The position numbers and the translations under genes are program-made. DNA of 64,000 bases from Takakia lepidozioides (Eukaryota; Plantae; Bryophyta), in the NCBI GenBank assembly GCA_030704615.1, contig CM060731.1, forward strand, positions 90,334,001-90,398,000. The letters are read 5' to 3'. Of the stretch, positions 1 to 11,530 are shown piece after piece. Below the pieces are notes generated by a model. That model was not told the DNA's origin, ran no database searches, and saw only the letters and a list, made by a program, of their open reading frames with translations. Numbering within the stretch: the stretch's first letter is position 1; each line of letters starts with the position of its first letter.

Positions 1-299
1 AAAGCAAGCCGGGCAACATAAGTAGGAAGGATGTAGTCCCTTTCTGGACTAGGCATGAAATCCCCCCTGGCAAAAAAGGCACGTTCCTCCTGCCCATGAA
101 CTCCGGTGTAGACGTCCCTCCTGCAGTACTTGACATCCTACAGTAAGAACAAATCCACTTCAAGAATGTCAATACCAGCAGAAGCAAAAAGGGTTTTCAA
201 TGAAATAAGAGAGCGAAGGGAGGTGCCTAACAAAATCTGGAGGCAACTTACAATGCGACCACTCACTCGTAAACCGGGGGCTCCTTGGCCTCGATCCCA

Positions 300-1180
300 A
301 CTTGTTCCTCCCCCTGCTCCTTCTCGGATTTTTCCTCATCCTCCGAGGATGCCTCTTCCTCAGCCGCTGCAAGTTCCGAGTTGTGGAGGGCAGTATCTGG
401 CTCAAAGGCGAACACATGCCTGTCGGACAACATCCTTGCCCACATTGAAGCACCTGAGGAACAAAGCGGGCGGTTAATAGCTTGCGGCATGCAATTGCAA
501 TCGGGCCAGGGGACAAACTGAGCACGTGAAGGCTTATCCATGCCACATGTGAGGTCAAGAATATGCCCTTGGACATCCGAGCACGTCTCCATGAGGGTTT
601 GGATGAAAGCAGGGCTCCGGGTCCGGCTGTACCGCCACGGTTTGCTTGTCTTTGTGTCCTTCGGCATACTGGAGTGGGGCACATAGTTATAGAGGACATC
701 GTAGGTAATAGGGTCCACAGTGGCATCAACAAGACGACCGTCATTGCGGAATTTGAACATAGACCCTCTCTTCACAAAGCAATATGCCTCAAACACCAAT
801 GTCTGCACATCCAACAAAAGAGGGATCAACTCCGGGATCTAGTTTAGATACACCACAATATGAGGTGAATGCAATAGATTGATAATTACACTTTGGCCCT
901 CTGTTCGCAACCCCTGTGTATTGATGCAGAACCATTTTCTGAGGAGGACCGGGGTGACACTTTTCGGTGTTCATCTTGCCACCGCATTCTCTGTGGTCTT
1001 CCCTCTTGTGGCAAGGACAACAACACATCCACCGTCATCCAAGAGCATCCCCGCCAGCCCAAACCCGGCTTTCCAGTAGTCCTCAGTAAACCTGTTTCAG
1101 GTGGGCACACCATCCAGGCCCTCCAGCAGCTCCCCATCTGGAATGTCGAGGAGAATCATATCGCAAGCTCTCTCAACCTC
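300..1180 (-). CDS. N6_N4_Mtase-like (beta-class) methyltransferase domain exons (copy A)
   Basis: CDMILLDIPDG (motif IV-like), LLDDGGCVVV, RSPAFIQTLMETCSDVQGxILDLTCGxG (motif X/I), ASMWA...RHVFAFEPD (motif II). Order IV-...-I is the beta-class order. Confidence 0.75.
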
Positions 1181-2054
1181 AACCCCCCCCCCCCCCGAGT
1201 GCTCTTGCAATACATGCTCACAGCCGTGAAGAATTCCATCATGGCTTCAAAACCAGGGGTGTCTTTAGGCTCTGTACCGGCAGCCCTCTTCTTGGCTTTC
1301 CCCTCCTGCTCCGCCAGATACTTGCTGTGTGCCACCTTCTTCACCCTGGCAGCGAGAGCGTCAAGGAAGCTCTCATTGACGCATTGGATGATGGTTGGAG
1401 GTTCTAGCTTTGGCCTGTGCGTAAACGTCACTGCCGAATACCGCTGTGTAGGCTCGCCCTCAAATGCCAACTTCTTGGCAGAGCCAGTCCAACTCCGAAC
1501 TGACTTGGGAACCCGGACGACCGGTGACTGGGTAGCAGCAGCAGCAGTCGCATGACCTTGAACAAAGTCGTCGTCCGAGTCACTCCCTTGGGTCCCCTCC
1601 TGCGCCTCCTTCGATGCCCCGATGGTTTTTTGTTTTTTGGGTGTTACTGTACTCACCTGTTTCCTTGTCCTTTTCCTTTGGCCTTTATTCTTCTCATTCA
1701 ATTTCTCCTGAATTCTTGCTTGAGCAAGCTCTGCCGCTTTCCTGGAGTTCGCAAGCACTTTTGCCTCTTTTGGACCCAGCGGAGGCAGCGGAGCCCCGTT
1801 TCGTCGGGCCTCAGCATCTAGCTTCAATTGAAACTCGGATGGGTCGAGCGAGCCGGGCGGAAGGTCCACATACCAAGGGCAATCACGCAAATGTTCCAGA
1901 TGCCACTCCTTCACAATAACGTCAGTGTACATGGAGTCAGCCCCAGGGTTCCTCCATGCCAGGAAGAATGGTGGCTCGAAAGACAGATGACCTTTCTCCA
2001 AAAGGGAGAACTTGCAGTACTTGCATTCATGAAAAACACAGAATGAGGTCCCTG

Positions 2055-2352
2055 AACTGGAAATTCGGCACCATTTTCCCAAGTTGGGGCGGAACTGACT
2101 GGGCCTAGAACTGGAAAAATGGCGCCGAATTTCGGTTTTTGGTGCTAGCCACGCTAGGGACAGCCATTTTGGGAGCCCTGAACTGGAAATTCGACGCCAT
2201 TTTCCCAGGTCTGGCCCGAAAATGGCTAAGTCCCAGAACTGACTGGGCCTAGAACTGGAAAAATGGCGCCGAATTTCGGTTTTCGGTGCCAGCCACTCTA
2301 GGGACTTAGCCATTTTGGGAGCCCTGGACTGGAAATTCGGCGCCATTTTTCC
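2055..2352. repeat. Intronic palindrome array (146-bp unit, about 2 units)
   Basis: GGAAATTCGGCGCCATTTTCC and its reverse complement alternate with GGGACTTAGCCATTTT / AAAATGGCTAAGTCCC. Confidence 0.9.
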
Positions 2353-3639
2353 AAGGACTAATTTTTATGCGCCACCTAACATCCTGAAATGCAAGGACTT
2401 GAAAGGAAGGCATCGCGTATGTACCTGTACAGAAGGCGCATTGCTGCTTTGTCCGCGTTCGGCTGGTCAGTGAACTCGTGGCTCCGGCGGGCATGGGGTA
2501 TCTCCCGAAAGAATAGGTCGGTTTGTACAGCAGAAAGTACCTCGTCACATAGTCGCGTAGGCTCTCTGCTGCAGGATAAATCTCCATCTTGAACTGATGT
2601 GCTTGTGTGTCCAGCTGCTCTTGCGCATTCGTCGTCACCTGTGGAGATTCTCCATCAGATCGCTTTCCTGAAAAAATACAATGAATCCACCCCCTACAAG
2701 AGTAGAAGCGCCAAATGAAGCGTGGGGAAGTACCTGAAACCACCATGTCATGCGGTTCATCCACATGTCAAATGTGGGGTCAAACAGTTTGTCCGGTTTG
2801 GGGAAGCTCCACATGTCCCTTGTACTTTGGGAACCATTCCAGATTTGGAGCCACCGGGTCTGTCCAACCACCCAGCATATTCGTAAGCGCCAAACACCAC
2901 AAAAATGAGTTGTTGCCACCACAATTTGGTTAAGAATGTATCACCTTTTCTGTTGCATCCACACAGGATGTGGCTAGACGATGGAGCTTCTCCAATGTCA
3001 TCGTGGGCTTCAGAGCGCGGGAGTAGTGCTTCCCCACCTCCACCAGAAAGTCGGCACCAAGGGCGGGATCAGCTATGGCCACGTACTTTACCATCCGCAA
3101 CTTGTACTTTATGCGGGCCCTGGCCTCCGCAGCTTTGAGATACGATTCAAGTGCCGAGAGGGTTAGATTCTTCTCCTCTGACTCCATGTAGAACCTCCGT
3201 GCATGTGCCAAATCTTGCTGAATTTTCGTCTGTCAAGAATGCGCACATAAGATTAGAGATCCTGCTCAACACTTTTTCTTCTATTGGGGGAGGAGAGACA
3301 GATTAGCTCAACAAAACAGTCAGGAGCTTTACCCGAAATATGTAGTCCACCATGGCGTCTATGCTCAGCCTATACCAGGTTCTGTCTGCCTTTGCCTCCG
3401 ACTTGCGCAGGAGGTCGGCACTGAGCGAATTGGCAAACTCTTGCACCCCCTGCTTCCCGACATCCTTCACTCGGAAGAGCATATGGGACAAGTTGGTGGC
3501 AATGAAGGCATTCTCAGTCACCCTGCAATGCCACATTTCCATCAAACAATACTGAAATGGGAATTTTCAACAAATATGAGGATTCGCAATGAAATGACTT
3601 ACAAATTTTGGGTCCAAAAGCAAGAGGCGTTGTAACTTA

Positions 3640-4085
3640 CGAGTTGATGTCCGCCATTGCAGCTTTGAGAAGACTGCGATCTTTGGGCCCCGCAACCTTC
3701 AGCACAACACACTCCACGGGGAAATGCCAATCGAGGTCGTTGGGGGTGGGCTTCGGCTATGTGCTCCATCCATGCCAGGAGGCGATGATTGCCGTCCCAC
3801 ACGTAAAACATCTTTCCGGACAAGTGCTGGAAAAGAGGATCAGTAGCAATCGATCTCTCGAACTCCTCATTTCGCCTTTGCCAATGGGGACCCCATTTGT
3901 CCACCTCATCGGAAGTGTGGGCACGGAAAGCTCCGTGGTCGTTCTCAATGGAAACGTAAAACGCGGCAGACCCCATTCGATATCCATCCCGGAAAGAGAA
4001 TTTCAGCTTGTCGATATCGCCTGGGAGGGCAGGTCTCACCACCTGCAATGACACCAAGCGGCAAAGGGGAATTCGAAGCTTGGCC
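3640..4085 (-). CDS. ParB/Srx-like domain exon segment (copy A)
   Basis: KLRIPLCRLV..VVRP...DIDKLKFSF..G...FYVWDGNHRLLAW matches the ParB N-terminal pattern, including GxxRxxA. Confidence 0.75.
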
Positions 4086-5249
4086 GGGTACACCATGCCC
4101 CCCAGCACCCTGCCAATGTTGCTGTGGGTTGCCTCCAACATCTTGGCAGTGGCCAACTTCATATCCGCCTCCGACATGACGTTTGCTGCAGAGGGGTTCT
4201 CCGGCAGCCCACCAGGACCGCCAAATCCAGCCTGTATGCTGCGGGTTTGGGGCCTGGGGATGTCCGAGAGGATGTCATCCTGGTCAGAAACCTCGGTGTC
4301 GTCCTCCTCAACATGGTCAACCACCGGTGAAACCACCTCGAGCACTCTCCCCGTCTCTACTGCCCTCTCCCCGGCTTCACCTTGAACTTGCACAATCCGT
4401 GCTCTTTGTGGTGTTCTTTCCTCTCCTCCACTCTCCACCGTATGGGTAATTGCGGGGGCTGCTCTTGCCCGCGATGGTATAACCGGTGTGTTACTGCCTC
4501 TTTGTGGTGTCTTGGAGGGATCCACCGTCTCTGTGCGTCCCTCGCTTACATGGGCATCTGTAATTTCGGCACCCCTGGCCTCCTCAGTGGCCTTTTCTCT
4601 TTCCTCCTGGCTAGCCTTCTGTCTCGCCTGTTCTTTTGCCCTTTCTTTTGCCCTCTCACGAGCTTTTTGTTTCTTACTAGGGCTAGCAGCAGGGGAGCCT
4701 TCCAGGACGACCACCTTTGATTGAGGAGAACTGACACCCTCGCGCGCACTGCTCACTCCCCCCTCCATAGCCCGTGACGGCTCTCTCGCCGGGGATTGCA
4801 TGTGCTTGGCTTTCTTCTTCTTTTTTGCGTGGGCGGGCCCTACTGCATGTGCATCAACAACCTCCATTGCCGGATCTGCTGTCCTCACGTCCTCACGCCC
4901 TTCACTTGCCATGCCGTCTGCACCAACCTCCCCAATGCCTATTCTGTCGTACTCTAGCTGCAGGTCCTCCCGTCCACCAACAAAAGGTTTTAGTTTGCCC
5001 TCCCGCCCCAAGTTGGGCAATCCAAACATGCGATGAGTTGGAGCGATGATACCACCAGCGTGCCGGGCTCGTCGTCACTCTGTCATTCCCAAAAATTGTG
5101 GGAACCAACATCGGAATGAAAACCACCATCGCAACGAGCAGCGCAACCACCGTCGCAACAATCGTGGAACAACAATGAAAACAAATCCAACCAATGCCTA
5201 AGAATGACATGCACAAGCAGCCTTCTCAAGAGCTGCCGGCTTTGCACAC

Positions 5250-5445
5250 GCATTGCAAACTATCTAAGGTTCACTCAACCGGTAACATGAAACACGATGA
5301 ACAAATGAACACGAATTCCATAAGACGGGAAAACAGGGTGAAATGTTTTGAAGGCACTTCATCTGCTCAGACAATCTTCTCAGCTCAGCATGGATTTCCT
5401 TAATTTTTAACCACTCTGACCTTGATCATTCTTCTCAACAACTCC
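5250..5445 (-). pseudogene. PPR E+ derived fragment inside predicted intron 1 of the cargo gene
   Basis: cagacaatcttctcagctcagcatggatttcctt and its flanks match the PPR pseudogene at about 30645-31045. Confidence 0.7.
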
Positions 5446-6379
5446 TGCTTTTGCGATGCAACCATACGCTTCCAGCGATGCCAGGCTGAAGATGCGAAAA
5501 CAAACCAAAAAACGAAGTAAACAACAAAGCCAAAGCGGAAGTGGCTTGCCTGGGAGTACTCGGCTTCAGTTGGCGCGGGTTGTGAGCAAGACACTGGAAT
5601 CTCCTGTTGGAGCTTAAGTTTGGCCATGCGAGAGGTTGGCCGTCGCCCGTAGTACAAAGCCTTCAACTTCCGCCGCGGTCTGGATGTGGGGTCTCTCTCA
5701 GGAGAGCCAAGCCCTTCACGCGGCATAAGTCCCAGCAAAAGAAAAAAGATCTCAGTATTTTTGCGTACATGCCTCGAATAGAACTTCATCCAAGTTTAAC
5801 ATCAGGTTTCCAGGACGTATCGAGGAAGCAAGCGCGGAATCCTTGTGTCGCCAGCCCGAATCAAAACCGACGGCGGAGGACATTTAATGCCCAACTGCGC
5901 AATTAAATGTCGAATGAAGTATGACGCAACGAAGCCCTCCTTGTCGGATGAAATATGACGCAACGAGGCCCAGAATTTCCATCGTAGAGGTAATTCGGAG
6001 CGCGGCAGGATGGAAATCCGGCGCCGGATTTCCATCCTGCAGGGAATTGGGAGCGCGGCGGGAAGGAAACCTACCCCCCATTCCCAACCCATTTTTTTCC
6101 CTCTCAATGAGTGCAGTTCTGGGGCTTCTTGGAGTTTCAACTTCGGTGGCTAGGACTGAGCCGTGGGGGGGGGGAAAAAATGGATTTGTGTGGGGGAGGA
6201 GTTTTTGCTTTTTTTTTTCCTAGGACTGCGGGAGACAGTTTGTTTTGGGTACTATACCAATAGAGGGTGAGGAAATTGGTCTGCTAGTATATAAGGTTAT
6301 CAATAGTCTGGGTTTAGTTTTCCGTTACGAAGCCGCGTCTATTCCGCAAAGTACTTTCATCATGTCTGGAAACATTGCT

Positions 6380-6889
6380 TTAGTGGGGGTGGCATAGGAC
6401 TCACCATGGGGGCGGAGACCTCGTGGTGGGAGTCGTGGGGAGTCTTGGGACTCATCACGGTCCATAGGGGCCGTGGTGAGCGGGCCAAGACTCACCGCGA
6501 CTCACCACCGGGAATCGAGGGTCTTCGTGGTGGTTCGCCATAAAATGGCATGGCTGGTTGTGAAACCCCCGCGGATAGCTACAGAAGTATATATAGGGAG
6601 TAGTAACCCCGAGAACGGTGCAAGCCCGTTGGTGACCAAGAACTAGTGAGTAAGTGAGTGAGCCGGAAAGCGACCAAAGAGTGGGGAGCTGTTCCGGACT
6701 GCCAACTACCAAAGGGAATTCCACTAGGCCTAAATAGGTGGAGGGTCTTTCGGGAAAGCGAAGGGGGACCGTTATGTCCCGGTGAGCAGCCGAAGCTCCG
6801 AGTTGGCCCGGCGGCCAGGTTGGGAGTCAGGCGCGCGCAGCGAGTAACTATGACTTGAAGGGGAGCTTACCGAAGTGAGGTGCGCGACA
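6380..6889 (+). mobile_element. 5'-truncated chromovirus LTR inside MULE copy A
   Basis: Matches the 3' ~500 bp of LTR 45243-45967, ends GGTGCGCGACA, and is absent from copy B. Confidence 0.9.
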
Positions 6890-7470
6890 CGAATGGCCCC
6901 GGATGGAAATTCGGCGCCGTTTTTCCATCCGGGGAGGTTTTTATTTCGGCCATTTTTCGGCCTGACCCCCCGACACGACTTCCTTTGGGGGGGCCCGGAT
7001 GGAAATTGGGCGCTGAATTTCCATCCGGGGGATGTTCTCTGTCAGACAGGTGCCGGCCTCTCCGCCCGAGGCGACTTCATCCGGGCGGCCCCTGTTGGAT
7101 ATTCGGTGCAGAATTCCCGTCCGGGGGTTGTAATGTGACGGCCAGGTGCCGACCTCTCCCCCCGAGCCGACTGCATCCGAACGGCCCCAGATGGAAATTC
7201 GGCGCCGTTTTTCCATCCGAGGAGGTTTTTATGTCGGCCAGTTTTCGGCCTGACCCCCGACACAACTTCCTTTGGGGGGGCCCGGATGGAAATTCGGCGC
7301 TGAATTTCCATCCGGGGGATGTTCTCTGTCGGACAGGTGCCGGCCTCTCCGCCCGAGTCGACTTCATCCGGGCAGCCCCTGTTGGATATTCGGTGCCGAA
7401 TTTCCATCCGGGGGTTGTAATGTGACGGCCCGGTGCCGGCTTCTCCCCTTCAGCCGACATCATCCGGGCG
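6890..7470. repeat. Palindrome array upstream of the transposase (~96-bp monomer, ~288-bp trimer)
   Basis: Repeated GGATGGAAATTCGGCGCCG...TTTCCATCC; near-identical to 27390-27970. Confidence 0.9.
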
Positions 7471-7711
7471 GCCCCCCACTTTCTGACTGCATACCGTTGG
7501 CAGTTATTGCGCAAAGACCAGGGGCCGCATTCCGGAGACAAGGTTCATTAACACTCTGACTGTGGATTTTTGAGATAGTTGGCTCCCTGGATTTGGATCA
7601 GGCTTCGTCGCTTGGACAAATCGGCACCGCATTCCTTCCCATCGGTGCATCCCCCTTCTACCAGGGAGCTTGCCCGCACGCCATCCTGGCAGTCTTGTGT
7701 GCACATCTCCC

Positions 7712-10700
7712 ATGGCGGAAAACCCAGGCGCTATAGTGTACTGCCCTCCTCACGAGCATAGAGCTTCATTTCTGTGCAGAGGGGACATCTGCCGTGTGAT
7801 GGAGAAATATCTGTGCGTTCGATACCACCTGAAACCGGGGTCGGTTTTTTTAGAGGAGGAAAGGAAGGACTCAAACGGCGTTGTTGTCGAGAGTATTGTT
7901 GTGCTCCACGATGATTTCGGCAATGGCAGGGAATGGCAAGTTCCACCATCGGACAACGTCATATACAGGGCTGTTGGGGACTTCATTTGCCCGCCAAATG
8001 CACCTTCTATCCTGGCGCCTTCCACGAAACAATCCGCAAATCAGAGAGTGTGTACCTCAAAGAGAGAAGTCCGCAACGAAGTAAATCCAGAGCCGAACCC
8101 ATCAATGAAGACAAGCGAGAACCGGGTTGTTCACAACTTGTCCGACTCCGACGAGGTCATGGAAGTTCCGAGATCGTCTTGGAGATCAGGCAAGTCCTCA
8201 ATGGACGTCAGTGGACGAGGGAGTCATATTCCCAGCACGAGCACCGCAGTTCGATCCATTCTTGAAATTCTGCGAGGGCTTCACATGGAGGGACACCGCT
8301 CGGAGTTGGCCGGGCTGGACTACAGCAAGTTTGCAATTACATCGGTTACATGCCTTCCCATAGACATCGACGGTAATATCTTCTTTGAGTTCCCTCCTCG
8401 GACGGACTACTCGAGGGCGTCCGGAATATTGACAGATATGGATAGAAAACATGACGGTCATCCTTGGTGCGTCACCAAAACCACCAGCATGAAGATGCTC
8501 GATGGTGTGCGGGTGCGCTACATTGTTTGTGCGGGCGCATTACGGTGTTTCTCTCCAACTTGCTTCCACTTTAAATCTAGAGGTCACAGGAACGAGACCG
8601 ATTGGACAGGCACAGCTCATCAACCATTTCGAGCTTAGGAGAAGGTTCCGAACTCCACATTTAAGTGTACGCATTGCAAAGAACCACCACACTACATGTC
8701 TGTTTGTAATGCCAAGCAGTTCTATGTGTTGCACCGTTTCCCTGACCTCACCCGAGCTTGCATACACGTTGGTTCCCATTGTCACAAATTGACGAGGGGG
8801 AACTCGCGGGAGGCTGCCCACGAGGCAGAGCAGCTCGTTCAGGAGGAGGTTAAGTTGAGACCGGGTGCCAAACCCAAACAGATACAGCTCCAAGCCACCC
8901 ATAAGATGGCATTGGCCAGAATTTTGTCGGAAGACGGCTCCGATAGAGTTCCTCTCGATGACAAGGAAATGGAGGCATTGCTAGAGTCGGTGTCCCACGT
9001 CTGTTCACCAAATGTCCGAAACCACATTGTCTCATGCAAACAGAAAATTGGGCGTGGCTCGGATATGCACTCCATTCTGGAGGTGAACCGACGATGTGGA
9101 TATGACTACATTCATGGAAGTAGGTTTCCAGGACAAGGGACTGAGGCAGATCGTTGTTTCGTATTCAAAATGTCCACGTGTGGACCTGGCAGCGGCGTCG
9201 AACTGGTCGACAGGATGACGAGTGGGGACTTGTCAAACAGTTGGGTCACGTTCGACCATATCAAGCGAATTACAAATCACCAGTGGGTGACAATGGGTGC
9301 ACATGTCTACGACACCCACTGCAGGATGCTAATGACAATTGCTATTTGTGAGATGAAAGGAGAGGACACACAATCGGAGATGCTTCTTTGGCAGGGAATA
9401 AACGAACAGATGGCCAAGGCGGGATTGCCCCCTCCCAATTTCCGTGGTTTCATGGCGGACAACGCACAAGCAAATTGGGCTGCCATCCGAAGGGTGTACG
9501 GGCAAGACCCCAATGTTCCCATGGAAGGCAAGGAGAGATCTTGTGGGTTCCATTTTCTGCAGAGCCTTTCGCAGTACACAACCAGGCTCGTGGCGCCAGA
9601 TTTCAGAGAGGAGCACCGTTCCATGTCTCTTGCGTGGAAGGGCGCTCCCACCTTGGATGATGCAGAGACACAGTTTGCATGTATACGGGCTTGGTGGACA
9701 TCGTCAGGTGCTGTAAGGAAATCAGACGAGGGAGCAATGGTCAGTTGGCTAGCATGGTGGCATTATCGTTTCCTCCAGTTCGGCGACTATATGCGGGAGG
9801 TGAGTTGGACGAATTCGCGTCCCGCTGAATATTATTCTTGGCATTATTTGTAACTTGCTTCTAACCTCAACATGTGCTTGTGCAGGAAATGTGTCTCGAC
9901 TCCGACACCGACATGCCCACAACAAACATGGCCGAATCAGTGCATTCTTCCTAGCGTGCCTCCTCTGCGGCGCATCTGGTGGACATCCTTACTGCCACAA
10001 CGGAGGACATTGTGAGGTCAATTATGCAGCAAAGCAGGTACAACGAGTTCTTGAAAGGGAAACAGTGGGGCTTGGGCCGGACAGGCAGGAAATGCTGATG
10101 CGGACTGCCTCCAGATCGAAGAATCCTCGGAAGTGGGCGACGGCCTTGCGAGAGGGCCTTCGGGACACGCCATTGCTTCGAAGAGGCCAACATTTGGAAG
10201 GAGATGTTCATACCTGTCCAGTGAGACGAAGACTTGACGAGGCACCTGGCGGGGAAGAGGATTCATGGCAAGCTGACAAGAATATTCGCACGCTCCCTCG
10301 TGCTGTACCTGCACCTTGTTTCAGCAGCCGATTTTTGACTCCCACATTTGCTCACGCCACAACGCAGACGTTTTGGTTCTGTAGGCACGACATAATGACC
10401 TGTGTATTTGGCAAGCCCAAGTACGGGATTCAGGGAATGCCGGAGCCTCCGGGCGTCTGGCCTGTTGCACCGGGTTGCAGCCTCTCTCAGAATGAGGCGG
10501 ATGCTCTATCTGCAGCAGGATTTCGAATGGTGCAACGCACAGACGTCCCGGCCCACGCATTTCCAGTTCCTCAGACCCAGCCATTGCAGACTGCTCGGTC
10601 CAATAGAGACTGATTGGACAATTCTGCACATCCCACAATGCGATTTGGAAGAGTGAAGAGACAACACCTCTCCCAACAAGTTGAATGAGAATCGGATTGC

Positions 10701-11020
10701 CAATGCTCTTGGGATGGCTTGCACTATTCAGAGCTCCGTGGACGTACCTCCATCCGGCCTTGGGCGTGTTTATCGGATGGCAACGGCCGGCTCGGCTGTA
10801 CGCGACGATGTATACACAATCACAATTGGAGTGGAGCCGTACGGACTTCTCGTTGATGGAAGCAAAGAAGGGTTCAAAGTATTATCCGTGCAAGCATCTG
10901 TATTACATTTACCTGAAGAGGTTGAGGATGAACGTGACTATTGACGACTTTATTCATGCACCGGCGTTGAGCGTGAACGAGCTGCACAAACTCCTCCTTA
11001 GGGATTCCAAAAATCATTGA
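7712..11020 (+). pseudogene. MULE-type transposase (GCM/WRKY-like Zn finger, DDE core, SWIM), copy A
   Basis: DGHPW..CAGALRC..C..CxxC..C..HVGSHCH; VTFDH (D1); FMADN (D2); CGFH (CxxH); intron 9800-9885 then TNMAES (E); PCKHLYY SWIM remnant. In-frame stops at about 8636 and 9951. Confidence 0.8.
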
Positions 11021-11177
11021 TGGGGCAAAGGGAATCCTCCATATGGATATTTTCAATTGCATTTTCATGTATCAGACTTTTTTTTGCAGTGTAATGAAAT
11101 GCACCCCAAAACTCATGGAATGAGGCAATATTCCATTCAAACTGAGATCCAACAGAAGCAGTTGTGGGGCCATTTAT

Positions 11178-11530
11178 GGAAAAATGGCGCCGAATTTCTC
11201 TATTTTGGGCCGAAAACTGGCTAAGTCCCAACATGCACTGGTGCCCCTGTGTCTGGAAAAATGGCGCCGAATTTCCCTATTTTGGGCCGAAAACTGGCTA
11301 AGTCCGAACATGCACGGGAACGATGTCTGGAAAAATGGCGCCAAATTTCCAGTTACATGGCCCAGAACTGCCCAACATCTGTGCAATCCCTGGCACCATG
11401 TACCGAAATTCGGCGCCACATTTCCAAATTTTGGGCTTACACACCTGTCATGAGGGGACCTATAGCCGCGGAATTCGGCACCATTTTTCGCCAGAGAGAC
11501 CTATTACCGCGAAATTCGGCGTCATTTTTG
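11178..11530. repeat. Palindrome array downstream of the transposase (candidate subterminal)
   Basis: Several GGAAAAATGGCGCCGAATTT variants. Confidence 0.8.

Larger units (their letters stand above)
1..5726 (-). pseudogene. Spliced ParB-like domain / beta-class amino-DNA-methyltransferase fusion gene, copy A (frameshifted)
   Basis: Exons join in consistent phase through canonical splice sites, e.g. INS|gtaag..cag|G VTENAF, YIFR|gtaaag..cag|TKIQQD, EK|gtgata..cag|TRWLQ, VYE GA|gtgagt(266)..tag(138)|G ATG. ATG at 5726 (MPREG). Frameshifts near 3740, 2520 and 1190. Confidence 0.75.

Noticed and set aside
130-477. Plus-strand ORFs opposite the cargo gene (also 893-1555, 24582-25298)
   Set aside because: Antisense shadows in GC-rich coding sequence with no motifs.
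1-5726. Bacterial or phage contamination as the source of the ParB-MTase
   Set aside because: The gene has spliceosomal introns and is interleaved with plant-type retroelements and PPR relics.
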